In this document: positions 16,047 through 23,740 of the stretch, in pieces
How the letters are laid out: each line of letters begins with the position of its first letter
Numbering within the stretch: position 1 is the stretch's first letter
Assembly: GCA_035543515.1 (NCBI GenBank)
Contig: DATKJS010000095.1
Coordinates: 24,633-88,632 of the forward strand
Direction of reading: 5' to 3'
Length of the DNA: 64,000 nt
From: Terriglobales bacterium
GTDB taxonomy: Bacteria; Acidobacteriota; Aminicenantia; Aminicenantales; Saccharicenantaceae
The notes under the pieces: generated by a model
Told to the model about the DNA's origin: nothing
Database searches by the model: none
Seen by the model: only the letters and a program-made list of their open reading frames with translations
Made by a program: the position numbers and the translations under genes

Positions 16047-17816
16047 TCATTTCGTGTGGCTCGGCTGCCGGTCGATGCCGTTGGCGACGGCGAAATCGCC
16101 GTTGAAGTTGATGACGGCCCAGGCCGTCTTGGTGCTCGGGTCGACGCCGTAGGTTCCCAATCCATAACCGGAATTCCAGGGGCCGTTCACGAAACCGACC
16201 GTGCCGCCGGTATTCATGGAAACCGCTTTGACCCAGTTGCCCTCGTCATCCAAGGTGGCCAGGCCGAAGCCGCCCGCGCCGAGTTGCCAGGACCTGCCCT
16301 GCTCATAGCTCATGGAAAGAACGTAGACGGGAGTCTCGAACTTTCCGATGTCCTTCGCCATCCCGGTCAGGCTCAAGACATCGCTGCGCAGGAAGTCATC
16401 GTCTTTCGCCTTCCACCCGACGAGGCTCAGGATCTCGCGGCGCACGTTGTAATCGATCTTCGATGTCCAGCCGGTGTCGACGATCTGGGTCAAAGGCCTG
16501 AGAGTATAGTCCTGCGCCGTGCTCGTGTTGGTGCCGGCGAGGATCTGGGCTGAAGTGTGGAGGAACCTGTCCTTGACCACCGTGTAGTCCCTGCCCTGGC
16601 CGACGGTGAATTCCTGACCGTTCAGGCTGTAACTCCATGTTTCTTTCTTCACGAAGTTGAAGGTCGGGGTCACATTGGTGTCAGACAAATTCGATCCGTT
16701 TGGATAGTTAGCATCTGAAAGCCAGTTGCCGTGGTCGTCCGAGTAGTAGTCCACGGTCACGCGCGGGCCGTCCACGGTGTAGATATAGAATCCAACGGCG
16801 TAGCGTTCCTGGGAGACCGAGGTCTCGCGGACCTTCTGACCATACCATTTCGGATCCGTCAGGGCTTTCGGAGTATAGAACTTGCTGCTGTCGGAGGCGC
16901 AGATGATCTCCTGCACTTTCGATTTGCCATCCGGGCTGGCGATGAGGGAACGCTGATGGATGTGGTCATGCCCGCAGATGTAGCATCCCACGCCGTTCTT
17001 TTGGAGACTGGCGAAAAAGGCATTCTGCATGTCCGGATTGTCATTGGTATATCCGTCGAACAGACAGTCTTGGTGGTTCTCACCGATGAGGTTCTGATGG
17101 GAGAAGACGAAGGCATGCTCGGGGCGGCGAAAGGTCTTTTTCAGCCGGCCCCATATCCAATCCTGCTGGTCGGCGATCGAGTAGCCGTATGGGTAACCCG
17201 CAGCGTCCACCCTCTTATTCGGGGTTGCCCAGTCATCGATGATGACGAAGCGGGCGTTGTTATAATCAAAAGAGTAGCTCATTCCGTCTAAATAGGGGCT
17301 TACGTCAGTCGGACTGCTGAAATTGGCAGCGCCGAAGGTGTTCGTGAGGCCGCGGGTTTGCGGGAAATTGGCCTGCACGGCGGCAATGCCATAGCCGTTG
17401 GCAGGTGTGCCGTCCGTGTTGGTGGCATAGGTTTCATGATTTCCCCGCATCGGGAAAAAGCCGATCCCGGCAGTGTAAAGGGTCTGCGCGGCCTGGGCCC
17501 TGACGGCGATATCGGCGTCATAGCCATTTTCAGTCAGATCGCCGACCTGGATGACGAACTTCACATGTTTTTGGATGAACTGCTGATTGAGTTGATTGAT
17601 GATGGAAACCGAAACGCCGTTCGGATTCTGGCCGGCTGGATCGGTTTTGCAGGTCCATTGGGTGTCGCTCATGACGCCAAAGGACCAGGGCCGACTGGTC
17701 CAGGGCCAAGGCGCCGCCGAGCCGGCTGCGGTGAAGAAGACGACGACACCGGCCAGGAGGCCGACGAAGATCAGGCTTCCGATGGTGCCGGACCGAATTC
17801 TCGTCTTCCGATTCAT
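16047..17816 (-). CDS. secreted or membrane-anchored calcineurin-like metallophosphoesterase with a ~270-aa C-terminal non-catalytic region
   Basis: Motifs are GDLTENG, GNHE, and GHDH within CGHDHIHQR. The signal anchor is IGSLIFVGLLAGVVVFF. I chose the ATG at 17816, with AAGGAG 7 nt upstream. GC is about 48 % in two hand-counted lines. Confidence 0.8.
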   Translation of the reverse strand: MNRKTRIRSGTIGSLIFVGLLAGVVVFFTAAGSAAPWPWTSRPWSFGVMSDTQWTCKTDPAGQNPNGVSVSIINQLNQQFIQKHVKFVIQVGDLTENGYDADIAVRAQAAQTLYTAGIGFFPMRGNHETYATNTDGTPANGYGIAAVQANFPQTRGLTNTFGAANFSSPTDVSPYLDGMSYSFDYNNARFVIIDDWATPNKRVDAAGYPYGYSIADQQDWIWGRLKKTFRRPEHAFVFSHQNLIGENHQDCLFDGYTNDNPDMQNAFFASLQKNGVGCYICGHDHIHQRSLIASPDGKSKVQEIICASDSSKFYTPKALTDPKWYGQKVRETSVSQERYAVGFYIYTVDGPRVTVDYYSDDHGNWLSDANYPNGSNLSDTNVTPTFNFVKKETWSYSLNGQEFTVGQGRDYTVVKDRFLHTSAQILAGTNTSTAQDYTLRPLTQIVDTGWTSKIDYNVRREILSLVGWKAKDDDFLRSDVLSLTGMAKDIGKFETPVYVLSMSYEQGRSWQLGAGGFGLATLDDEGNWVKAVSMNTGGTVGFVNGPWNSGYGLGTYGVDPSTKTAWAVINFNGDFAVANGIDRQPSHTK

Positions 17817-17888
17817 GCTCCGCTCCTTTCTTTTCGTGAATTTGCCGAAGCGCACTGGCCGCGGCGCTCGGAATCTAGTCCGCGGGAG

Positions 17889-17914
17889 TTAAGAACCATT
17901 AAGGTGCAGATTAA
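17889..17914 (-). promoter_or_regulatory. candidate Pho-box-like repeats upstream of the metallophosphoesterase gene
   Basis: The minus strand reads ATTAATCTGCAC CTTAATGGTT CTTAACTCC. TTAA cores lie at 17889, 17899 and 17911 (spacings 10 and 12 nt), 73-98 nt upstream of the ATG at 17816. Confidence 0.4.
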
Positions 17915-18039
17915 TTTTGAATGAAGGCCGCGCTCTTTCGGCGCCCTCCGCGTGATTCCACGCCGTCGCGTCTGCGAAGGGTCGGGGACACATCGCCGGC
18001 GGAAGGCGCCGTCGCCCGCCCTGACGGCTTCGGAGAGGA

Positions 18040-18069
18040 TTGACAACGCCGCCCGGCCGCCGATATAGT
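18040..18069 (+). promoter_or_regulatory. sigma70-like promoter for ppk2
   Basis: TTGACA (18040-18045), a 17/18-nt spacer, then ATATAG/TATAGT. It lies about 50 nt upstream of the ATG at 18118. Confidence 0.45.
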
Positions 18070-18117
18070 TCCGACTCGGACGGGAGTGCCGGTCGAGCGC
18101 CGGGGAGGGAGGAGACC

Positions 18118-18936
18118 ATGAAGCTCAAGGACCTCAGCAAAGCATTGATCGTCAAGCCGGGGACTCGGGTCAGGCTCGCGGACATGGATCCCGGCGATAC
18201 CGCCGGGATCAAAGACAAAGAGGAGGCCCGCGACGTCCTGGAGAGGAACCGGCTCCGGCTCCAGGATCTGCACACGCTCCTCTACGCCGAGAACAGGCGC
18301 GCGCTCCTGATCGTGCTCCAGGGCATGGACGCCAGCGGCAAAGACGGGACGATCCGCCACGTCATGAGCGGGGTCAACCCGCAGGGGTGCGAGGTGACGT
18401 CCTTCAAGGTGCCCAGCGCCGAGGAGCTGGACCACGATTTCCTGTGGCGGATCCACAAGGCCGTTCCGCCCAAGGGGGACATCGGGATCTTCAACCGTTC
18501 GCATTACGAAGAGGTCCTCGTCGTTCGCGTGCACAGACTGGTGCCCCGGGAGGTGTGGTCCGGGCGCTACGAGCAGATCAACCGCTTCGAGCAGATCCTC
18601 TCGGAGAACAACCTGAAGATCCTGAAATTCTTCCTGCACATCAGCAAGGACGAACAGAAGAAGCGGCTGCGGGAGCGGCTGGCGGACCCGACCAAGAACT
18701 GGAAGATGAGCCTCCAGGACCTCAAGGAGCGGGAGCTCTGGGGGGATTACATGAAGGCCTACGAGGACGCCCTGACGGAGTGCAGCACGACGTGCGCGCC
18801 GTGGTTCGTCATCCCGGCCGACAACAAGTGGTTCCGGAACCTGTCCGTTTCTGAGATCATCATCGAGGCCCTGGAGTCTTTCGACATGAAATACCCCAAG
18901 CTCAGCTTCGACCCGCGCAAGGTCGTGGTGAAATGA
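18118..18936 (+). CDS. ppk2: polyphosphate kinase 2 family protein (single-domain PPK2)
   Basis: The Walker-A-like motif is QGMDASGKDGTIRH. FLWRIHKAVPPKGDIGIFNRSHYEEV is also present, with the lid region ADPTKNWKMSLQDLKERELW. I chose the ATG at 18118, preceded by GGGAGGGAGGAG. Confidence 0.88.
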   Translation: MKLKDLSKALIVKPGTRVRLADMDPGDTAGIKDKEEARDVLERNRLRLQDLHTLLYAENRRALLIVLQGMDASGKDGTIRHVMSGVNPQGCEVTSFKVPSAEELDHDFLWRIHKAVPPKGDIGIFNRSHYEEVLVVRVHRLVPREVWSGRYEQINRFEQILSENNLKILKFFLHISKDEQKKRLRERLADPTKNWKMSLQDLKERELWGDYMKAYEDALTECSTTCAPWFVIPADNKWFRNLSVSEIIIEALESFDMKYPKLSFDPRKVVVK

Positions 18937-19009
18937 GGGCGGAGTTGCCTGGACGCTCTCATACGGCGGACCGAGCGGTCCCAAGTATGTTCGCCAATAC
19001 GATTTTCAA

Positions 19010-19585
19010 GTGAATATCTACACGCGCCTGATGATTTTCGTATCGGCCCTCTGGTTCACTTTCGAGATCTCACTTGTCGTCCGGGACGGCCTCCAGGGCA
19101 AAGGCAGGACCGGCAAAGACCGGGGCACCCGCTGCATCAATTTCGTGGCTATCACCGCCGGCATGATCACGTCGGGGTTGCTCAGCGGCAAGTCGAGGTT
19201 CTGGTTCCCCGGGGGAAGAACGCTGGCGGTCTATTGGCTCGGATTTGCCATTCTCTTGTCCGGAGCGTTTCTCAGAATATGGTCGATCGTCGTCCTGGGC
19301 CGATCCTTCCGCACGACGGTCGAAGTCGTTCATAGCCAGCGGGTCGTCGAGCGCGGTCCTTACAAAACGATCCGCCACCCGTCGTATAGCGGCCTGCTGC
19401 TGATGTGTTGCGGCTATGGCATTGCCGAACAGAGCTGGTTGTCTCTCGCGATCGCCGTCGGCTTGCCGCTAATGGCCCTGGTCCATCGCATCCGCGTCGA
19501 GGAAGCCGCCCTCGCTGCCGGTATCGGGTCGGAATATCAAGAGTACCGGGAGCGGACCAAGAAGCTGATCCCGGGCATTTGGTGA
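19010..19585 (+). CDS. isoprenylcysteine carboxyl / phospholipid methyltransferase-family membrane protein
   Basis: 191 aa with 4-5 TM segments. The motif is ERGPYKTIRHPSYSGLLL...RIRVEEAAL. The start codon is GTG. Confidence 0.7.
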   Translation: MNIYTRLMIFVSALWFTFEISLVVRDGLQGKGRTGKDRGTRCINFVAITAGMITSGLLSGKSRFWFPGGRTLAVYWLGFAILLSGAFLRIWSIVVLGRSFRTTVEVVHSQRVVERGPYKTIRHPSYSGLLLMCCGYGIAEQSWLSLAIAVGLPLMALVHRIRVEEAALAAGIGSEYQEYRERTKKLIPGIW

Positions 19586-19622
19586 GGGCCGGTTCGATAG
19601 GGAAGACCTTGACGGGCGATCA

Positions 19623-19747
19623 TCAGGAACCCTTGAGCTTCGCCAAACTTTTTCTGGCCTCCTCGACAAACGGGGCGCCCGGGTCGGCGTCCTTCCAGAG
19701 GTCGAGGAATTCCTGGTGCCTTGTGGGCGTCTCGGGATCTATTTTTC
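19623..19747 (-). pseudogene. orphan 3'-terminal fragment (about 40 codons) of a lost TPR-protein gene
   Basis: The minus-strand translation is [40 protein letters not shown]. It has no start and is closed by a TGA two codons upstream. It begins exactly where the kinase gene ends, in a different frame. Confidence 0.45.
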
Positions 19748-22216
19748 AAGGCCTATTTTCTTAAGCATGGCCTGGAATCGTGGGTCGCTGCCAGCATTCT
19801 TAAAATCGGGATCGGAATCAAGCCCGAACAAACCACGGTCCCTGTCTTCATAAGCTTTCTCGAGCCAATCGAAGCCTTCATCATTCTTGCCCAATAGGAA
19901 ACAGAGCTTCGCGATCAGCCATGGATCTGGATATCGGTCGGGATTCTCGAGCAACTTGTTTAAAACTCTGCGTGCTTCCGGTATTTTCCCCATTTTTGCA
20001 TAGGCATAGCCAATTTCCGGTTGTCGATCTAATTTCTCCAAGAGGGCCAGGGTCTTATCATACATCCCTTTGCTCATATAAGGGCGTACGAGATAAAGTT
20101 GAGGGGGCTGGAAATCCGGGTCCATTTCGAGAACTCTCTCATAGTATTCTATTTGCTGATCCTCTGGCAGGAACCATCCTAATTGAGCAAGGATGAGAAG
20201 TGAGAGAGGATCGAGTTCTTGGGCTTTCTTATATTCCTGCAGGGCCTCTTCACGACGTCCCTGACCAAACAAATATTGTCCATACTCTTTATGGGCATTA
20301 GAATCGTTGGGATTCAGAGCGATCGCCGTCTTAAATTCTTTCTCCGCACTCTCCTTATCCCAATCGAAAAGATATTTCACCTCGGCCATGGCGGTATGAG
20401 CTTCAGAGAGAGAAGGATCGAGTTCCAAAGCTCTGTTGGCCGCCTCACGTGCTCTGGGAAAGGCATCCCTCCCGGGAAGTAAGTGCCAAGCGACCATTGT
20501 TCTGAGCGAGTTGGCTAAACGGGCAAAAGCCAGAGCATAAGTTGGATCTTTATCGATCGCCGTTTGGAATGCAGCGACCGCTTTCTCTAGGTTCTCTTTT
20601 CCCCTCTTGGCCTCGAAATAAAGCCCCTGCATATAGGAATCATAGGCTTCTTTATTATTCGTGAAGCGGTGAACGACTTGCGTTTCTTTCTCACCCAATA
20701 ATCTCACCTTCAAGGCTTTGATGATCTTCTGGGCGATATCGTCTTGAATCGCGAAGATGTCCTGTGAACTCCTTTCGTAGACCTCCGACCAGATCTGGAA
20801 GCCGTCTTCGGCACTGCTGAGCCTGGCCGTTATCCGGAGCTTGTCGCCGACGACCTGCACGCTTCCCTCAAGCACATTCTTGACATTCAATTTTTGACCG
20901 ATGGAGCGGACATCCATATCCTTTCCCTTAAGAGAAAAGGCGGACGTCCTGGCCGGGACTTTCAGTCCCGGGATCGTGCTAAGGGCAGAGATCAGGGTGT
21001 CGGCAATCCCGCTGCCGATGTATTCGTGCGTCTTGTCCTGGCTCATGTCGTCAAAGGGCATGATCGCAACGGAGGATTTCTCAACTGATCCCGAAACAGG
21101 CTTCTTTTCGGAAAAAAAGAGCATGGCCAGAACGATGACGACGGCGAGGGCGAAGAAAATGAGGACAGGCCGGACGAGCTTTCTTATTCCAGGATTGATC
21201 GTGATCTCGCTCGAACTGGCCGGTCTCCTCTCAGGAACAGCTCTGCCTGTCGTGTGCACGCTCTTTTCGATCTTGTCAAGCTCCGAATAGACTTCGGAAG
21301 CGCTCTGATACCGCTTCGCCTTATCCTTTTGCAGACATTTCAGGATGACCGAGGCAAGGTCGTCTGAAACCTGAGTGTTGCGCTTCCTAGGGTCCTCGGG
21401 CGCATCATACTTGTGCTTGTGGGCGATGCTGAGTGCGGTCTCTCCCTCGAACGGAACCCGACCCGTGACCATCTCATAGAGAATGACCCCCAGAGAATAG
21501 AGATCCGACCTCTGGTCGACCTCTTTCCCGTCGACCTGCTCCGGACTCATGTATTCGGGCGTTCCTATGAGCACCCCCGCTCCCGTGACCCCGCTCCCCG
21601 AAAGCGACCGAGCGATCCCGAAATCCATGATCTTGGCATCCCCGTCCTTATCGATCATGATATTGCCGGGCTTCAGATCCCGGTGGATGACCCCCAGCCT
21701 GTGCGCCTCCCCCAATCCTTCGCACACTTGCTTGGCAATGGAGATGGCCGTTCCTACGTTGAGCTGTTTCGACCTATGGACGAAGCTCTTCAGGTCCTCG
21801 CCCGGCACGAACTCCATGGTGATGAAGGTCGTGCCTTCGGCCTTTCCCAGGTCGAACATCCTGCAGACGTTGCGGTGGCTGATCTTCCGGGCGAGCTTTA
21901 GCTCGTTCGAGAAGCGTTCGATCGTCTCCTTGTCCAGGGCTATCTCGGGACGGAGGAGCTTGAGAGCGACCTTCTCCTTGATGTCCGTGTCCTGGACCTT
22001 ATAAACCCGGCCCATACCGCCGCGCCCGAGCTCCTCGATGACCTGGTAGCGGCCAGCGAAGGTCGAGCCGGTGGTGAGCTCTCGGACGGGAGTCTGAAGG
22101 GTCTCCGTCATGACCGGAGGATGATGTTGGTCAGAAGGCAATGGAGTCCCGCAATCGGCACAGAATCGCGCCGCGTCAGAGTTGTCGGAGTGGCAGGTCG
22201 GACACTTGATGGTCAC
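19739..22216 (-). CDS. Ser/Thr protein kinase with an N-terminal zinc ribbon, one TM helix, a TolB-N-like module and a TPR array
   Basis: The zinc ribbon is [19 protein letters not shown]. Kinase motifs are [21 protein letters not shown] and DFGIAR. The TM segment is [17 protein letters not shown], followed by [10 protein letters not shown]... and multiple TPRs. The start codon is GTG. The 3' two-thirds are about 45 % GC. Confidence 0.88.
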   Translation of the reverse strand: MTIKCPTCHSDNSDAARFCADCGTPLPSDQHHPPVMTETLQTPVRELTTGSTFAGRYQVIEELGRGGMGRVYKVQDTDIKEKVALKLLRPEIALDKETIERFSNELKLARKISHRNVCRMFDLGKAEGTTFITMEFVPGEDLKSFVHRSKQLNVGTAISIAKQVCEGLGEAHRLGVIHRDLKPGNIMIDKDGDAKIMDFGIARSLSGSGVTGAGVLIGTPEYMSPEQVDGKEVDQRSDLYSLGVILYEMVTGRVPFEGETALSIAHKHKYDAPEDPRKRNTQVSDDLASVILKCLQKDKAKRYQSASEVYSELDKIEKSVHTTGRAVPERRPASSSEITINPGIRKLVRPVLIFFALAVVIVLAMLFFSEKKPVSGSVEKSSVAIMPFDDMSQDKTHEYIGSGIADTLISALSTIPGLKVPARTSAFSLKGKDMDVRSIGQKLNVKNVLEGSVQVVGDKLRITARLSSAEDGFQIWSEVYERSSQDIFAIQDDIAQKIIKALKVRLLGEKETQVVHRFTNNKEAYDSYMQGLYFEAKRGKENLEKAVAAFQTAIDKDPTYALAFARLANSLRTMVAWHLLPGRDAFPRAREAANRALELDPSLSEAHTAMAEVKYLFDWDKESAEKEFKTAIALNPNDSNAHKEYGQYLFGQGRREEALQEYKKAQELDPLSLLILAQLGWFLPEDQQIEYYERVLEMDPDFQPPQLYLVRPYMSKGMYDKTLALLEKLDRQPEIGYAYAKMGKIPEARRVLNKLLENPDRYPDPWLIAKLCFLLGKNDEGFDWLEKAYEDRDRGLFGLDSDPDFKNAGSDPRFQAMLKKIGLEK

Positions 22217-22442
22217 TCGGGTATCCCTTATTTAGCGGAGCCTCAGATTAGCAGAGGGATGGGCGAGAAGTCAAACGAAGCGGACGGAATCCGACGATCG
22301 CCGTGGCGACGTGCCCTGCCCCGCTCAAGAAGCCTTTCCAACGTTGACAAAGGCTGAACTATCTTCTGCAATGCGCGTATGAGGGAATAGCCGAACCGCG
22401 CCCTTTTCCGCCTCGAGGAGGCCCTTGACGTGCTAACGGGGC

Positions 22443-22793
22443 TCAGCATGTGATGTGCAGGATGGCGTTGGTCTTCTCAAGACCCTTGTTGAGCCGGTCG
22501 ATGGCCTCGGCCGTGGGGAGAACGACCACGTCGACCTTGCGGCTCTTCGCCTCCTGCCGCACCTCGTCCATCACGGGCAGGGAGCCGTGGGCGCCGGTGC
22601 CGACCACGAGGGTCCGGCACTTCCACGGGATGTCCTCCTCGTTGGAGAGCGGAGTATGCCCGAATTCGCCCCGGTGCTTCTTGGACCGTTTCTTCTTCCG
22701 CTCCCGCACCTCGCCGCGGTCGATGACGACGTCACTCTCGTAGGTGACCCCATCGATCCTGATCGTACCGAAAGAGAACTTATCGATACGCAT
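22443..22793 (-). CDS. Mth938-like (DUF498/NDUFAF3-like) domain protein
   Basis: The protein reads MRIDKFSFGTIRIDGVTYESDVVI...LVVGTGAHGSLPV...VVVLPTAEAI. I chose the internal ATG at 22793. The ORF-track start is a TTG 14 codons upstream. Confidence 0.65.
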   Translation of the reverse strand: MRIDKFSFGTIRIDGVTYESDVVIDRGEVRERKKKRSKKHRGEFGHTPLSNEEDIPWKCRTLVVGTGAHGSLPVMDEVRQEAKSRKVDVVVLPTAEAIDRLNKGLEKTNAILHITC

Positions 22794-23093
22794 GGCCTCC
22801 CGCTCAATGTACCACCTCTGAAATGAGATTTTCAAGCATTGGATGGCTCCCCGTATCTAGATCATTCTTCAGAGATAAGGTCTTGACCACGGAATCGACC
22901 TGCCGGAATTAACAAAAAAACCACGACCTCTTCATTGAAACCTAACCTGAAGGGCGTAAATATGGAGTGACGTTTGAGTCTCTCTAAAATCCCGAGTATG
23001 GAAATGATCAAGGATTGCGCCAAGGCCATGCGAATCGTCGGGTTCATCCGGACGTCGTGAGCAAGCCAATTTAAAACCTTAAGGAGGTTACAA

Positions 23094-23570
23094 ATGAACC
23101 GCTTAGAAAAGATCGCGATCTTCTTGGTTTCGATGGTTGTGACGCTCATCGGATTCAATCTCATAGCTGCCCCGGCAGTTGAGATGTTGAGAATTGGGAG
23201 ACTCGCCGGCTATCAGGACATCGCCGATTATCTGGCGAAGACGGGCACCACAGGCTTGAGCGCTCCACATTCTATGTACCTGAAATTACCGATTGAACTC
23301 CTGCTGATTCTGGTCATTTGTGCAATCGTTTCGTTCGTTGTTGTGAATATGGGCGTCAAATCCGTGGCCGATTTCGACGTTTTCATGCGGGAGCTCAGCA
23401 AGGAAGTCTTCGAAACGCTCCCTGATGGTAAGCCGACCGACCATCTGAGCTTCGAAAAACACGACCAGAAGGCCAAGGCAGCCGACAAACCAAGAAACAG
23501 CTCCGGCCCCAAGACTGCCAAGTCCAAGTTCGGCGAGATCGACCTTGATCTCCGGCTCCGCCAGAATTAA
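23094..23570 (+). CDS. hypothetical membrane protein (2 TM helices, charged C-terminal tail)
   Basis: AAGGAGG lies 6 nt upstream of the ATG. GC is about 42 % in a hand-counted line. I recognise no family. Confidence 0.6.
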   Translation: MNRLEKIAIFLVSMVVTLIGFNLIAAPAVEMLRIGRLAGYQDIADYLAKTGTTGLSAPHSMYLKLPIELLLILVICAIVSFVVVNMGVKSVADFDVFMRELSKEVFETLPDGKPTDHLSFEKHDQKAKAADKPRNSSGPKTAKSKFGEIDLDLRLRQN

Positions 23571-23616
23571 AGGACCCACGCCCACTTTCCTGGAACCTAG
23601 GAAGTATTCACTTGCC

Positions 23617-23646
23617 TTGACAGCGTGTTCTCGCTTGGAGTAGGAT
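23617..23646 (+). promoter_or_regulatory. possible sigma70-like promoter
   Basis: TTGACA (23617-23622), an 18-nt spacer, then TAGGAT (23641-23646), upstream of the ATG at 23741. Confidence 0.3.
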
Positions 23647-23740
23647 TTCTGACTTCGGAAAAGAGGATTATTGGACCGAAGAGGACGGCACGTTGATCTT
23701 ATTGCGTGGGCTGCGGCTTGTGAAGAAAGCGCGCGTGCCT

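Noticed and set aside
22345-22375. Plus-strand TTGACA followed by a weak -10-like TGCAAT between the kinase and the Mth938-like gene
   Set aside because: Both flanking genes are on the minus strand, so no plus-strand gene or structured RNA lies downstream. The -10 match is poor.
22862-23164. 100-aa minus-strand ORF in the AT-rich spacer
   Set aside because: It overlaps the strongly initiated plus-strand gene at 23094 by 70 nt. It has no SD and no recognisable features.
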